Part shown: positions 47,918 through 58,015 of the stretch, one piece after another
How positions within the stretch are numbered: the first letter of the stretch is position 1
Layout: the number at the start of each line of letters is the position of its first letter
Origin: Candidatus Thorarchaeota archaeon
GTDB lineage: Archaea; Asgardarchaeota; Thorarchaeia; Thorarchaeales; Thorarchaeaceae
DNA length: 64,000 nucleotides
NCBI GenBank assembly: GCA_019057475.1
Contig: DXJO01000041.1
Coordinates: forward strand, 64,001 to 128,000
Direction: 5' to 3'
Translations under genes and position numbers: made by a program
Notes under the pieces: model-generated
Told to the model about the DNA's origin: nothing
The model's database searches: none
The model's input: the letters and a program-made list of their open reading frames with translations, nothing else

Positions 47918-48152
47918 ATTTCCGAATTACCTAGGTAAACCAGTATTAAAGCACAGGTTTGACGCATGAGATGTTTGAACGCGGGTATTCTCTCAGATGT
48001 GTCTGTGAATGAATACAACGTCAGTCGCTCAAAGATTTGGAGTAGATTCCCATCATCACTTTCTCTCACATCGATGCTGTATTCATCTAGGAAGATCAAG
48101 ATTACAATTGCGCTAATCCTAGAATAGATATCAAGCGAGGCGCGATTTTCTC

Positions 48153-48977
48153 ATGGAGTCGGCAATTATGGAGGACTCAACTTCAACTAGTAGTCTGAAA
48201 CCCAAGACGTGGGGTGGATTCTGGGATATTTTTGGGGATATGCTTGTAGACTTGCTGGATATCAAAGAAGGAGCAAATGTTCTTGATATCGGGACTGGTG
48301 GCGGTGCCATACTCTACCCTGCAGCGAAGAGAGCTGGAAACTCAGGTCTTGTAACGGGAGTGGAGCTCTGTGATCATTGCGTCAAGGCCACAACCGATCA
48401 GATTGAGAGATGCGATATTAAAAATGTCAAGGTACTGCTCATGGATGCTAGCAATACAGGGTTCGATTATCACTCCTTCGATTATGTTACTGCAGGGTTC
48501 ATAGGATGGGATGACTACTTCGACTTTCAAGCCCACAAGTACACGAAGGAAGACCTGCTGATGGCTGAAATTGGCAGAGTCCTAAAGCCTGGAGGGTTGA
48601 TTGGCATCACTACGTGGCTTCTTCAGGAAGATTTGGACTGGATGTATCAGTTCCTAGAACGGCACTCTATCTTGTGCAAAAGGAATTATTCCATCGAGAA
48701 TGAAAAGGACTGGAGAGAGATTATGTCTGCTTCCGGATTCAAGGATGTCCAAGTCGCATCTGAATCTGCAACCTATACTTACGAATCCATTGAGGCATGG
48801 TGGAAAGAAATGAGGGACTATGATTGGGTTCTAGAGGGGAAGGACGATGATGTGATAACTGATTCCCTGAAGGATGATGCATTCTCATCCATTCACGCAC
48901 ATGTTACTGATGAGGGGGGAGTTCAGTTCAAGCGAGACGCCCTATTTGTAATCGGCAGGCAACCCATACCAAAATGA
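48153..48977 (+). CDS. Class I SAM-dependent methyltransferase (UbiE-like)
   Basis: VLDIGTGGG, SFDYV, RVLKPGG. Confidence 0.88.
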   Translation: MESAIMEDSTSTSSLKPKTWGGFWDIFGDMLVDLLDIKEGANVLDIGTGGGAILYPAAKRAGNSGLVTGVELCDHCVKATTDQIERCDIKNVKVLLMDASNTGFDYHSFDYVTAGFIGWDDYFDFQAHKYTKEDLLMAEIGRVLKPGGLIGITTWLLQEDLDWMYQFLERHSILCKRNYSIENEKDWREIMSASGFKDVQVASESATYTYESIEAWWKEMRDYDWVLEGKDDDVITDSLKDDAFSSIHAHVTDEGGVQFKRDALFVIGRQPIPK

Positions 48978-49182
48978 CTTAGATTGTATTTGACTGAGAT
49001 CTCAATTCAACATGCAACCTAAGATGCTCTCCACATCTTCATAGATGTGCCAGTGCCTGAAGTCAATCTATGCGGGTCCATCCAGAGCTATTTCGACAAG
49101 AAATTGCCTGGTGCAGTTATGTTTGATATATGTCCCAGCAAAAGATGCTAGAACCAAAGAATGCTGGCTAATGAGATTCGGA

Positions 49183-49887
49183 CTACAATCTGCCGGTGAC
49201 GCCTACTTTCGAAGAGTACGTCCATAGGACTTCGGCACAGACATGCCAAGCCATCATTACTTCCTTGTCGAGTTCTAGGTGGGTGCTAAACAGCTCCTTT
49301 ACAGAGTTGGACATATCGCCGTGCGGAAAAGCCCCCACACCCAGGATAACAGGTATCGTGGAATCCTGTGGCAGTATGTTTCTCAACGATTCAGCTGAGG
49401 TCTTTGTGCCATCCTCTATTGCCAAGAGAACCAATGACTCACCAGAGCCAGCAGCGAAGTTGCTGACTAAATCGGGAAGGCTAGTATCAATCACTCTCGC
49501 CAATGGCTCACCCTCTGGAGGAATCCTGCCATTCATTAAGAGCTGCTCGAACAATCCAACGAACCGGTCATAGTTTCTAGGAAGCCGAACATCAGGGCTA
49601 ATCTCTATTACTCGACCATCTACGAGATGAAGATGAACAGTGAGTAACCCCGCTTTGCATAGGGGCGTTTCAAGTACTGACAGAAGACTGAGAAAGGTGA
49701 TGTCTGGACGGCCGCGCTTTTCCATGCTATCAAGGCGTGTCATTGCTCGCCCGTGAAGCGTCTGATCTAGCATCAACTGACCGGGTTTCTTACGTCTACG
49801 TCTAGCATGCGCCTGTATCTCTTTCAAACTAGTGAGTTCCCTAGGAACCAACTCGATTGCGCACTCGAGAAGAATCACGTGGAGCAT
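49183..49887 (-). CDS. nep1: Nep1/Emg1 rRNA pseudouridine methyltransferase
   Basis: RGRPDI, TPL.K.G, RLPRNY.RF.GL.EQL, VGAFPHG. Confidence 0.92.
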   Translation of the reverse strand: MLHVILLECAIELVPRELTSLKEIQAHARRRRKKPGQLMLDQTLHGRAMTRLDSMEKRGRPDITFLSLLSVLETPLCKAGLLTVHLHLVDGRVIEISPDVRLPRNYDRFVGLFEQLLMNGRIPPEGEPLARVIDTSLPDLVSNFAAGSGESLVLLAIEDGTKTSAESLRNILPQDSTIPVILGVGAFPHGDMSNSVKELFSTHLELDKEVMMAWHVCAEVLWTYSSKVGVTGRL

Positions 49888-49964
49888 AATCAGACCTCTA
49901 TCAACGGATGGTTGCGAACGATTTAAGCGATGTGACTATCACTCGAAACAAGAGTTGTCCGTCC

Positions 49965-50288
49965 GTGAGGAGAAGAAGAGCACCAAGGGCTGAAACAAGA
50001 AGACTAGCTCGAGAAAGGATCGATATCCTGTGGGAACAGGCGAGCGATGTTGCCTCACAGAAACCACATCTTGCCCGGCAGAGAATGGCTAGCGCCAGGA
50101 AGATTGCACAGAAGGCGAGAATCAAGATACCACGCCATATAGGAAGACAGCTCTGTAGGAAATGCGGGACTGTGCTTGTGCTTGGTCAGAACTGCAGAGT
50201 AAGGCTGCGAAACAATAGATCAAGACATCTCACCGTTACCTGTTTGAACTGCGGTGCAATAAGACGGTTCTATAACAAGAAACAATGA
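49965..50288 (+). CDS. rnp4: RNase P protein component 4 (Rpp21)
   Basis: ARERIDIL, CRKC..VLV.G, TCLNCG..RR. Confidence 0.9.
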   Translation: MRRRRAPRAETRRLARERIDILWEQASDVASQKPHLARQRMASARKIAQKARIKIPRHIGRQLCRKCGTVLVLGQNCRVRLRNNRSRHLTVTCLNCGAIRRFYNKKQ

Positions 50289-50340
50289 TGCCACGTCAGA
50301 ACCTTAAAGAAGAGAACGACTGACGCTTCAATGAATCAAT

Positions 50341-50613
50341 ATGCCTAGCAAGCCCCATCTCGATTCCACAAGGATCAGTATCGCCTGGCAAGACCCAGTC
50401 ATGCTTCAGATAGGAAAGGCCGGTATCACGGATAACACCATATCAGAGGCAAGGCGACTTCTCAAGAAACACAAATGTTTCAAGGTTCGAGTGTTGCGCA
50501 GTGCCCTCGACGGAGAACTGACAAAACAGATGTTATTCGAAACTCTGTGTGAACGTTCTGGCGCAGAGCTGGCGGGTTTGCGCGGCAACACAGCTGTGGT
50601 CTACAAGAAATAA
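50341..50613 (+). CDS. YhbY/CRM RNA-binding protein
   Basis: LQIGKAGIT, KVRVLRS, RGNTAVVYK. Confidence 0.85.
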   Translation: MPSKPHLDSTRISIAWQDPVMLQIGKAGITDNTISEARRLLKKHKCFKVRVLRSALDGELTKQMLFETLCERSGAELAGLRGNTAVVYKK

Positions 50614-50785
50614 TAAGTCGTCATGGTATAATCGGGTCCAAGCCGAGTTCTGTGGCTCTAATTGAAGCCGAATGCAACGACAACCTTTTATGCGGACTCT
50701 AGATTGCGGGGCCAGCCTTCTGGGGTAGGCTACCGGCCGACTCTAGGTAGGGTGAACGCACTTCAATGTGTACGGTGACAAACAT

Positions 50786-51238
50786 ATGCCCACGGTCTAT
50801 GATATTCCCGCCAACATCCTGATACGGCGTCTTGCACTTGACATAAAAGCTCGGAAAGAGATTACACCTCCGGAATGGGCTTCTTACGTCAAGACAGGCG
50901 CTCACAAGGAGAGAGCACCAGATCAAGAGGACTGGTGGTATACGCGGTGCGCGAGTATCATGAGGAAGATATACTTGCGAGGACCAGTCGGGATTGAGCG
51001 ATTGAGAGTCGAGTATGGTGGGAGAAAGAGGAGAGGCACAAAGCCTAACAAATTCCAACGAGGCAGTGGCGCGGTCATAAGGACTGCTTTACAGCAGCTG
51101 GAGAAGGTGGGCTTTGTCAAGAAACGTGGGAATAAGGGTCGAGAAATGACCAATGAGGGCAAGTCCTACATGGACAAGCTATCGGCCACATTGAAGACAG
51201 AACTCTCGAAGGCTATACCGGAACTGGAGAACTACTGA
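50786..51238 (+). CDS. rps19e: 30S ribosomal protein S19e
   Basis: PEWA.YVKTG.HKERAP...DWWY.R.ASI.RK. Confidence 0.97.
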   Translation: MPTVYDIPANILIRRLALDIKARKEITPPEWASYVKTGAHKERAPDQEDWWYTRCASIMRKIYLRGPVGIERLRVEYGGRKRRGTKPNKFQRGSGAVIRTALQQLEKVGFVKKRGNKGREMTNEGKSYMDKLSATLKTELSKAIPELENY

Positions 51239-51266
51239 AGGAAGCCCCGGGCTAGGGGTGAGATGA

Positions 51267-51596
51267 TTGAGTGATGAAGAGCTTGAAGCAATTCGGCAGA
51301 GGAAGCTAGCGGCCCTCCAAGATCGGGCGATCCAAGAGCAGAGACATGAGCAACAGCTGTCCGAAGCGCAAACAAAGAAAGAGGCTCTTCTTCGTCAGAT
51401 ACTCACTCCAGAAGCACGACAACGGTTGACCAACGTAAAGATGGTGAAGCCACAGTTTGCTGAACAGATAGAGGCGCAGTTGATTCAGCTCGCCGCATCA
51501 GGCAGACTCAAGGGACGAGTGGATGACAATCAACTCAAGACACTCCTGCAACAGATCCAGGGAAGGGAGAGAGAACGAAAAGTCACGTTCAGATAG
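51267..51596 (+). CDS. PDCD5-like DNA-binding protein
   Basis: ELEAIRQRKL, LRQILTPEARQRL. Confidence 0.92.
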   Translation: MSDEELEAIRQRKLAALQDRAIQEQRHEQQLSEAQTKKEALLRQILTPEARQRLTNVKMVKPQFAEQIEAQLIQLAASGRLKGRVDDNQLKTLLQQIQGRERERKVTFR

Positions 51597-51618
51597 AAAA
51601 ACGCTATAGGTGATGCAA

Positions 51619-51774
51619 ATGGCAAGAAACAAGCCACTCGCGAAGAAACTGAGGATGGCAAGAGCTCTGAAATCGAATTCCTCGGTGCCTACATGGGCCG
51701 TTGTTAGGACAGGTGGAAAGGTACGAAGAACACCGACGCAACGGAACTGGCGTCAGACAAAACTAAAGCCATAA
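51619..51774 (+). CDS. rpl39e: 50S ribosomal protein L39e
   Basis: [28 protein letters not shown]...RNWR; below the ORF-track cutoff. Confidence 0.95.
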   Translation: MARNKPLAKKLRMARALKSNSSVPTWAVVRTGGKVRRTPTQRNWRQTKLKP

Positions 51775-51788
51775 ACAGGTGAGAATAG

Positions 51789-52211
51789 ATGCCTCCAAAA
51801 AAGAAGAAAGTGGTCAAAGAGACCAAGGATCTGCCTGAAGTAGAGGAAATAGAAGAGGTAAAAGAGGCAGAGGAGATGGATGAAGTCGAGGACGCCGAGG
51901 AAACGGTTGCTGAGGAGGCGGAAACTCCAGTAGAGGAAGTCCCAGAGGAAGAAATCATCGATGAACGAATTTACACAGTGCCACTCCGCAGAGCGTACTG
52001 GACTGGTAGCAGACTCCGCAGATCCAACAGAGCAGTAAGAATTCTCAGAAAGTTCGTAGAGAGGCACATGAAGCCGGAAGAGATTGTGATTCAGGCTGAA
52101 GTCAACGAGAAAATTTGGTCCCGTGGAATTCAGAAACCGCCCAGAAGAGTTAGGATTAGAGCCACTAAGAACTCAGATAATTTGGTCCGAGTTTACCTTG
52201 CGGAGGGATAG
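51789..52211 (+). CDS. rpl31e: 50S ribosomal protein L31e with acidic N-terminal extension
   Basis: ERIYTVPL, RAVR..RKF..RHMK, VNEKIW.RGI.KPP. Confidence 0.95.
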   Translation: MPPKKKKVVKETKDLPEVEEIEEVKEAEEMDEVEDAEETVAEEAETPVEEVPEEEIIDERIYTVPLRRAYWTGSRLRRSNRAVRILRKFVERHMKPEEIVIQAEVNEKIWSRGIQKPPRRVRIRATKNSDNLVRVYLAEG

Positions 52212-52217
52212 CACGGT

Positions 52218-52883
52218 TTGATCGCCCGGACGGATTTCGAGGGCGATCCGAATGTCGGAGCCTTTGCTGTCATAACCAATGAGATTGCGTTCACATCTCC
52301 ACATATGAGCAAGAAGTCCATCGACACCCTCGGACGCGCCTTCAATACACAGTTAGTTCAGTCAACAGTAGCAACCCTGGACGTCGTAGGACTAATGTCC
52401 GTTGCGAACCGCAACGGGCTACTTCTGCCTTACACAACAAGGGATGAAGAGCTGGACATAATCAAGCGGAGCGTTGACATAACGGTAGACTGGCTGGACA
52501 ATAAGATGACTGCCCTAGGCAACATCATTCTGGCCAATGATAACGGCGCCATATGCCATCCGGATTTCGATTCAAAGGCAATAAAGAAAATCTCTGATGT
52601 CCTGGATGTCGAGGTGGTCCCCGGCACCGTGGCCAAGCTCCCTATCGTGGGTGTGAGCTCCGTAGTGACAAGTCAGGGGGCGGTCGTGCACCCCATGGCG
52701 ACCAGTGAGGAGATTGAACGCATATCAGAGATGTTAAGAGTGCATGTTGAAGTCGGTACAGTGAACAGAGGCAGCCCGTATGCCCGTCTCGGCGTGTTAG
52801 CCAATACCGACGGAATGATTGCCGGATCTGACACCACAGGTGTCGAACTCGCGCATATTTCACAGGTGTTGGGATATGTGTAA
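52218..52883 (+). CDS. eif6: Translation initiation factor 6
   Basis: LGNIILAND.GA..HP, GTVNRGS, TTG.EL. Confidence 0.95.
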   Translation: MIARTDFEGDPNVGAFAVITNEIAFTSPHMSKKSIDTLGRAFNTQLVQSTVATLDVVGLMSVANRNGLLLPYTTRDEELDIIKRSVDITVDWLDNKMTALGNIILANDNGAICHPDFDSKAIKKISDVLDVEVVPGTVAKLPIVGVSSVVTSQGAVVHPMATSEEIERISEMLRVHVEVGTVNRGSPYARLGVLANTDGMIAGSDTTGVELAHISQVLGYV

Positions 52884-52898
52884 TAGAGGTGCTTAGTT

Positions 52899-53144
52899 AT
52901 GGATACGAAAGTATGGCGAGCAATCGGAAAGTACAGGAAGAACAAGAGAACATTCACATTCACAAAGGAACTGATAGCTCTGAAGGAGTCGCATGTGAGA
53001 GAACGCATACTCTCTGATCTAGGCAGCCGCCACAGAGTTAAGAGAAGGGACATCGAGATTTCCGAGGTCATAGAGATAAAGCCTGAGGAAGTAGTTAGTC
53101 TCGAGTTGCGAACAATCCTAGGTGTGGAGAGCAAGATTGGATGA
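52899..53144 (+). CDS. rplX: 50S ribosomal protein L18Ae/LX
   Basis: FTKE, S.LGSRH.VKR..I.I. Confidence 0.9.
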   Translation: MDTKVWRAIGKYRKNKRTFTFTKELIALKESHVRERILSDLGSRHRVKRRDIEISEVIEIKPEEVVSLELRTILGVESKIG

Positions 53145-53575
53145 GTGAGGAGCAGGAGAATCTTCTGCGGAGAGTATATGCAGAACAGCAGATGGCTTCC
53201 ACCACCATAGAGCGTAAGGGACAGCAAATGATTCGTGTGCAGTCATACTTGGACAACTACCAAGTTGGCTTGCTGGTTCTGGAAGAGTTGCTGGGGAAGA
53301 AGACGGGAGAAGAGATACTCATGAATGTTGGTGGTGAAATCTATGTCCACGCCAAGCTCGTTGACTCAAAGAAGGTTACCAGACACATCGGAAAAGGCAT
53401 CAGCATAGAACAGGACATAGCAGATGCCAAGAAGAGTATTGAGGAGATTATTTCGAGCCTAAAAAAGCAGTATGACTCCCTTGCTCAGGAGTATCAGCAG
53501 CTGCTTGGTTGGTCGTCAAAGTTGGGCACACAGTTCCAGCAATTAGCCGCGGAGATGCAGAAAAAGGAGGAGTAG
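53141..53575 (+). CDS. pfdA: Prefoldin alpha subunit
   Basis: Coiled coils flanking EIL..VGG..YV...IG.G..IE; conserved gene position. Confidence 0.85.
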   Translation: MSEEQENLLRRVYAEQQMASTTIERKGQQMIRVQSYLDNYQVGLLVLEELLGKKTGEEILMNVGGEIYVHAKLVDSKKVTRHIGKGISIEQDIADAKKSIEEIISSLKKQYDSLAQEYQQLLGWSSKLGTQFQQLAAEMQKKEE

Positions 53576-53579
53576 CAGA

Positions 53580-54491
53580 GTGTTTGACAAGCTCCGTGGC
53601 GCCATTAGCAATGCTGTGACCAAGGCGACCACAAAAGAGCTTACAGACAAGAATCTCTCCGATGCAGTATGGGAACTACAGCTAGTCCTCATACAGAATG
53701 ATGTAGCAGTGGAAGTGGCAGAACACATTTGTGAACTCACAAAGGAAAAAATGCTCGGTTCTAGAACTGGGCGCTTGGAAAACCTTACGAAGCTCTTCCA
53801 TTCAGCATTGCACGATTCAATAATCGAAGTTCTTACTCCTGAATACCCCCTAGACCTTCTAGAATTCGCCAAGAAAAGAAGAGATGAAGGTGACCCGACA
53901 ACAATTCTCTTCGTAGGTGTCAACGGAACGGGGAAGACAACAACACTAGCGAAACTGGCACACCTCTACAAGAAGAACGGGTTCTCGGTAGTCATTGCCG
54001 CTGGAGATACATTCCGGGCTGGAAGCATTGAGCAGCTTGAGAAGCATGCTGAGAAACTGGAGATTAGGGTCATCAAGCAGGGCTATGGTTCAGATGCTGC
54101 GGCAGTCGCATATGATGCAGTTGCTCACGCAAAGGCCAGACACATTGATGTTGTGCTCATTGACTCCGCGGGAAGGATGCAGAGCAACAAGAATCTCCTA
54201 GCAGAGATGAAGAAGATGGCCCGCGTTGCAGAGCCAGATCTTAAAATCTTCGTGGGAGATGCTTTAGCAGGGAACGATGCATTGTCTCAAGCGAAGGAGT
54301 TCAATGATGCAATTGGTATCGACGGGGCAATTCTCACCAAGATTGATGCGGATCCATCAGGAGGCGCTGCCCTATCAGTGACATTCATCACTGGGCGGCC
54401 CGTTGTCTACGTGGGTATAGGCCAAGGCTACGAGGACTTGCATCGATTCGATCCCGAGTGGCTTGCACAAAGGCTCATGTCAGAGAAGTGA
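53580..54491 (+). CDS. ftsY: SRP receptor FtsY
   Basis: GVNGTGKTTT, DTFRAG, DSAGR, TKID. Confidence 0.96.
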   Translation: MFDKLRGAISNAVTKATTKELTDKNLSDAVWELQLVLIQNDVAVEVAEHICELTKEKMLGSRTGRLENLTKLFHSALHDSIIEVLTPEYPLDLLEFAKKRRDEGDPTTILFVGVNGTGKTTTLAKLAHLYKKNGFSVVIAAGDTFRAGSIEQLEKHAEKLEIRVIKQGYGSDAAAVAYDAVAHAKARHIDVVLIDSAGRMQSNKNLLAEMKKMARVAEPDLKIFVGDALAGNDALSQAKEFNDAIGIDGAILTKIDADPSGGAALSVTFITGRPVVYVGIGQGYEDLHRFDPEWLAQRLMSEK

Positions 54492-54556
54492 CTGAGTGGA
54501 CAGTTTTATTACTGAGGGCTTCTGATGTCGCTCGCGTTTGCATATAGCAACCAGAG

Positions 54557-55489
54557 GTGGTCAGGTTGAGCCTAAAGGGCAGACATCTGGTAGACTTGTC
54601 AGACTTTGAAACACAAGAACTCCGTAAAATACTGGATACTGCTCATGATCTCAAGCAGAAACAGAAGAAAGGAAAGCCACATGAGATCCTTAAGGGCAAG
54701 TCCCTTGCAATGATATTCATGAAGTCCTCAACAAGGACTCGAGTTTCTTTTGAGGTAGGAATGACTCAACTGGGTGGACATGCACTCTATCTTCAACCCA
54801 GTGGAACACAGCTCGGGCGGGGTGAAACAATAGGTGACACAGCCCAGGTTCTCAGCAGATACTGTGATGTTATTATGGCGAGGGTGTATGCCCATAGCGA
54901 GGTTGCTGGTCTAGCCAAGTATGCTACTGTACCTGTGATAAATGGGCTTTCAGACTTTCTGCATCCCTGCCAAATTATGGCAGACATGCTGACTATAGAG
55001 GAACACAAGGGAGGCCTTGAAGGTCTCAAAATCACCTACGTCGGGGACTCGAACAATGTTAGTAACTCGATTATGCAGGGCTGCACGATGATGGGCATGG
55101 ATGTTACAATTGGGTCGCCCAAGGGTTATACACCGATTGAGGAAATAATGACGAGAGCGGATAGACTCAGCAAGAAGCACGGCACGACACTCGAGGTTGT
55201 GAATACTCCCGCCGAGGCCGTAAAAAACGCGGATGTCATCTACACAGACACGTTCTTCTCGATGGGCCAAGAGAAGTCAAAGGAGAAGGAGAGTGCACTG
55301 ATGCAATTCCAAGTGAACAAGGGACTGGTTGGAAAGGCGAAATCCGATGTCATTGTAATGCATTGCTTGCCTGCGCATCGAGATGAGGAACTTACTTCAG
55401 AAGTCATGGATGGCCCCCATTCAGTTGTCTTCGATCAAGCAGAGAACCGCTTGCATGCGCAAAAGGCGATACTTGCACTCATCGTATAA
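54557..55489 (+). CDS. argF: Ornithine carbamoyltransferase
   Basis: STRTR, HPCQ, SMG, HCLP, QAENR. Confidence 0.95.
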   Translation: MVRLSLKGRHLVDLSDFETQELRKILDTAHDLKQKQKKGKPHEILKGKSLAMIFMKSSTRTRVSFEVGMTQLGGHALYLQPSGTQLGRGETIGDTAQVLSRYCDVIMARVYAHSEVAGLAKYATVPVINGLSDFLHPCQIMADMLTIEEHKGGLEGLKITYVGDSNNVSNSIMQGCTMMGMDVTIGSPKGYTPIEEIMTRADRLSKKHGTTLEVVNTPAEAVKNADVIYTDTFFSMGQEKSKEKESALMQFQVNKGLVGKAKSDVIVMHCLPAHRDEELTSEVMDGPHSVVFDQAENRLHAQKAILALIV

Positions 55490-55501
55490 GAGGCGGAGCA
55501 G

Positions 55502-56470
55502 TTGGTCAACGAAATCATTGCCATCGGCAGAATAAACATTGACATGGTCATGTATGTTGACACGCTTCCGGGTCGCATTCAGCATGTTGTATCAGACAAG
55601 GGACATATCTCATTTGGTGGCTCTGCTGCAAACTTCGCAGTGGAAGCAACGCTACTGGGTGTGAAGACGGGGCTAGTGAGCTGTGTTGGTGATGATATCT
55701 ACGGCAAGATGGTTCTGAAACAGCTGTCAAAGTTTGGTGTAGATACGAGTAATGTACTGGTGCTGGGCAAGCAGGCGACAGGGCTCTTCTTCATGGCGCG
55801 CCATCCAACGGATGGAAACATAGTGGTGGCCAACCCGGGGGCAAACCGCTTCCTTGAGAAACATGTGCTTGATGAGGAATACGTTGCACGTGCAAGTAGC
55901 ATTCATGTGGCTGGCGGCTTCCCAATGATGACTAGCAGGGCGTTAGAGATCGCCTCAACCAATGGGATGATTTTTTCGTTTGATCCGGGTCATGCTGCAG
56001 ATACAGTGGACTTCTCGAAGATACTACCTGGGACTGACCTGCTTTTCGTGAACCAGTACGAACTGAAGAAGTACTTCAAGATTAGTCTGTCAGAGAAGGC
56101 GCTCAAGACCTTTGCAAAGGGATTTCCGGGCATGGTCATAGTGAAGACCGGGAGTAAGGGTGCAATAGCGACTGACGGGTTTGAGTATCACACATCGGAC
56201 ATATTCGAGGTGCCAGTAGTAGACACCGTTGGCGCGGGTGATGCTTTTGCTGCAGGATTCCTAACGGCATGGACTCGATCAGAGAAAATAGCGCAGGCAC
56301 TTCATTTCGCTAATGCGGTGGCCGCACTTGCAATAACGAAAAGCGGAGCTCAGACTGGACCCACATTGGATGAAACTGCGAGTCTTCTGGCTAAGCATGG
56401 GGTTTCCATTGAGCCTATTCTTCGTTCTTTTCGGAAAGGCATGAAGAAGAAACGGTACCGACATAACTGA
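55502..56470 (+). CDS. PfkB-family carbohydrate kinase
   Basis: GGSAAN, VGDD.YG, VDTVGAGDAF. Confidence 0.92.
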   Translation: MVNEIIAIGRINIDMVMYVDTLPGRIQHVVSDKGHISFGGSAANFAVEATLLGVKTGLVSCVGDDIYGKMVLKQLSKFGVDTSNVLVLGKQATGLFFMARHPTDGNIVVANPGANRFLEKHVLDEEYVARASSIHVAGGFPMMTSRALEIASTNGMIFSFDPGHAADTVDFSKILPGTDLLFVNQYELKKYFKISLSEKALKTFAKGFPGMVIVKTGSKGAIATDGFEYHTSDIFEVPVVDTVGAGDAFAAGFLTAWTRSEKIAQALHFANAVAALAITKSGAQTGPTLDETASLLAKHGVSIEPILRSFRKGMKKKRYRHN

Positions 56471-56548
56471 GTATTACCGGTGTAGTATTCTCCTTTTTGT
56501 GCACATAATACGCCCGTAATAACAGCGAACTGCAGGTGTGAGTGAATT

Positions 56549-57682
56549 ATGCATCCCATCTTAGAAGAGGTCCTGAAGTCATCAAACGCAGGACGAAAGG
56601 CGCAAGTTAGTAGGGCGGCGAAACGAACCATCAAGAATACTACATCAGATGAAGAGATAGCAGCCATTCTTGAGGAAGTTAGTGCCAGAATCTTGGTTGT
56701 GGGCGTAGGTGGAGCCGGTAATAATGCCGTGACCCGCTTGATGGATGTTGGAGTAGAGGGGGCTGAAACTCTTGCGGCAAACACGGATGCGCAAGACCTC
56801 TATTTCTGTAACTCGCATCATAAGCTGCTCCTTGGTAGGGACACCTGTGGAGGTTTGGGAGCAGGTAATGATCCTGATGTAGGAGAAGCTGCTGCAGTTG
56901 AATCGTACGAAACAGTCAAGGATGTCGTAAGAGGGGACCTTGTCTTCATTACCGCGGGGATGGGTGGAGGTACAGGTACCGGTGCGGCACCAATCATAGC
57001 AAAGGCTGCAAGAGAGAACGGCGCATTGACTGTGGCCATAGTATGCCTTCCTTTTGAGGTGGAAGGCAAAACAAGGAAGAAGAACGCTACCAGAGGGCTC
57101 AACGCACTGATGGAGCACGTGGATACGCTGATAGCGATTCCCAATGAGAAGCTCTTAGAGATTGCTCCTGACCTCTCGATGCCAGAAGCCTTCATGGTTG
57201 CAGACGAAGTTCTGGTCCGAGCAGTCAAAGGAATTGCAGAGTTGATTTCGAAGCCGGGGCTGGTGAATCTTGATTTCGCAGATGTCCGGACGACGATGAA
57301 GAACGGTGGGGTTTCACTAATTGCGCTCGGTGAGGGTCAAGGAGAGGAACGGGCCGATGAAGCAGTATATAATGCTCTGAGGAACCCACTGATTGATGTG
57401 TCAATAGACAATGCAAGGAACATCCTAGTCAATGTGAGTGGGAGCATGGACATGCAGCTTATCGAAGCCAAGAGGGTAGTAGAGCTCGTTACAGAACAGG
57501 TCAATCCGGGTGCAGAGGTAATATGGGGAGCACTCATTGTACCAGAGCTGGAAGACAGAATCAGAGTAACGATTATTGCCTCAGGCGTGAGTTCCCCCTA
57601 TGTGTTTGACTCTGAAACAACACCGGTCACACCTCTTGCAGATGATCTCAAGACGGACCTCGGAATACCTCGCTTGAGCTAG
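56549..57682 (+). CDS. ftsZ: Cell division protein FtsZ
   Basis: GVGGAG.N, GMGGGTGTG, NLDFAD. Confidence 0.97.
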   Translation: MHPILEEVLKSSNAGRKAQVSRAAKRTIKNTTSDEEIAAILEEVSARILVVGVGGAGNNAVTRLMDVGVEGAETLAANTDAQDLYFCNSHHKLLLGRDTCGGLGAGNDPDVGEAAAVESYETVKDVVRGDLVFITAGMGGGTGTGAAPIIAKAARENGALTVAIVCLPFEVEGKTRKKNATRGLNALMEHVDTLIAIPNEKLLEIAPDLSMPEAFMVADEVLVRAVKGIAELISKPGLVNLDFADVRTTMKNGGVSLIALGEGQGEERADEAVYNALRNPLIDVSIDNARNILVNVSGSMDMQLIEAKRVVELVTEQVNPGAEVIWGALIVPELEDRIRVTIIASGVSSPYVFDSETTPVTPLADDLKTDLGIPRLS

Positions 57683-57783
57683 TCCGATAGCCGACACTCA
57701 GCAAGGGTTAAAAGCGCACTAGACTGCTTGCAGTCGATTTAAGAAACTGCTAAGGCAGTTTTATTCAGGGAAGTGAAACCACT

Positions 57784-57960
57784 ATGGGCATTGGCAGCTT
57801 CATCAGGGATGGCAGACGAATATTGAAATTGGCCACGAAACCATCCAGAAAGGAGTTATGGATGAGTGCGAAGATTAGTCTGCTTGCAATGTTCCTCGTA
57901 GGATTGCTTAGCTTTGGCATACAATACCTGATGACAGTACTCACTTACACCTGGCAATAG
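57784..57960 (+). CDS. secE: Protein translocase SecE/Sec61-gamma
   Basis: RRILKLATKPSRKEL followed by a TM; lies between ftsZ and spt5; below the ORF-track cutoff. Confidence 0.92.
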   Translation: MGIGSFIRDGRRILKLATKPSRKELWMSAKISLLAMFLVGLLSFGIQYLMTVLTYTWQ

Positions 57961-58015
57961 TAGTTTCAGCCAGACTACTAGACACAAGCGTTTCGTGCTT
58001 AACGGAGGCATTTAG

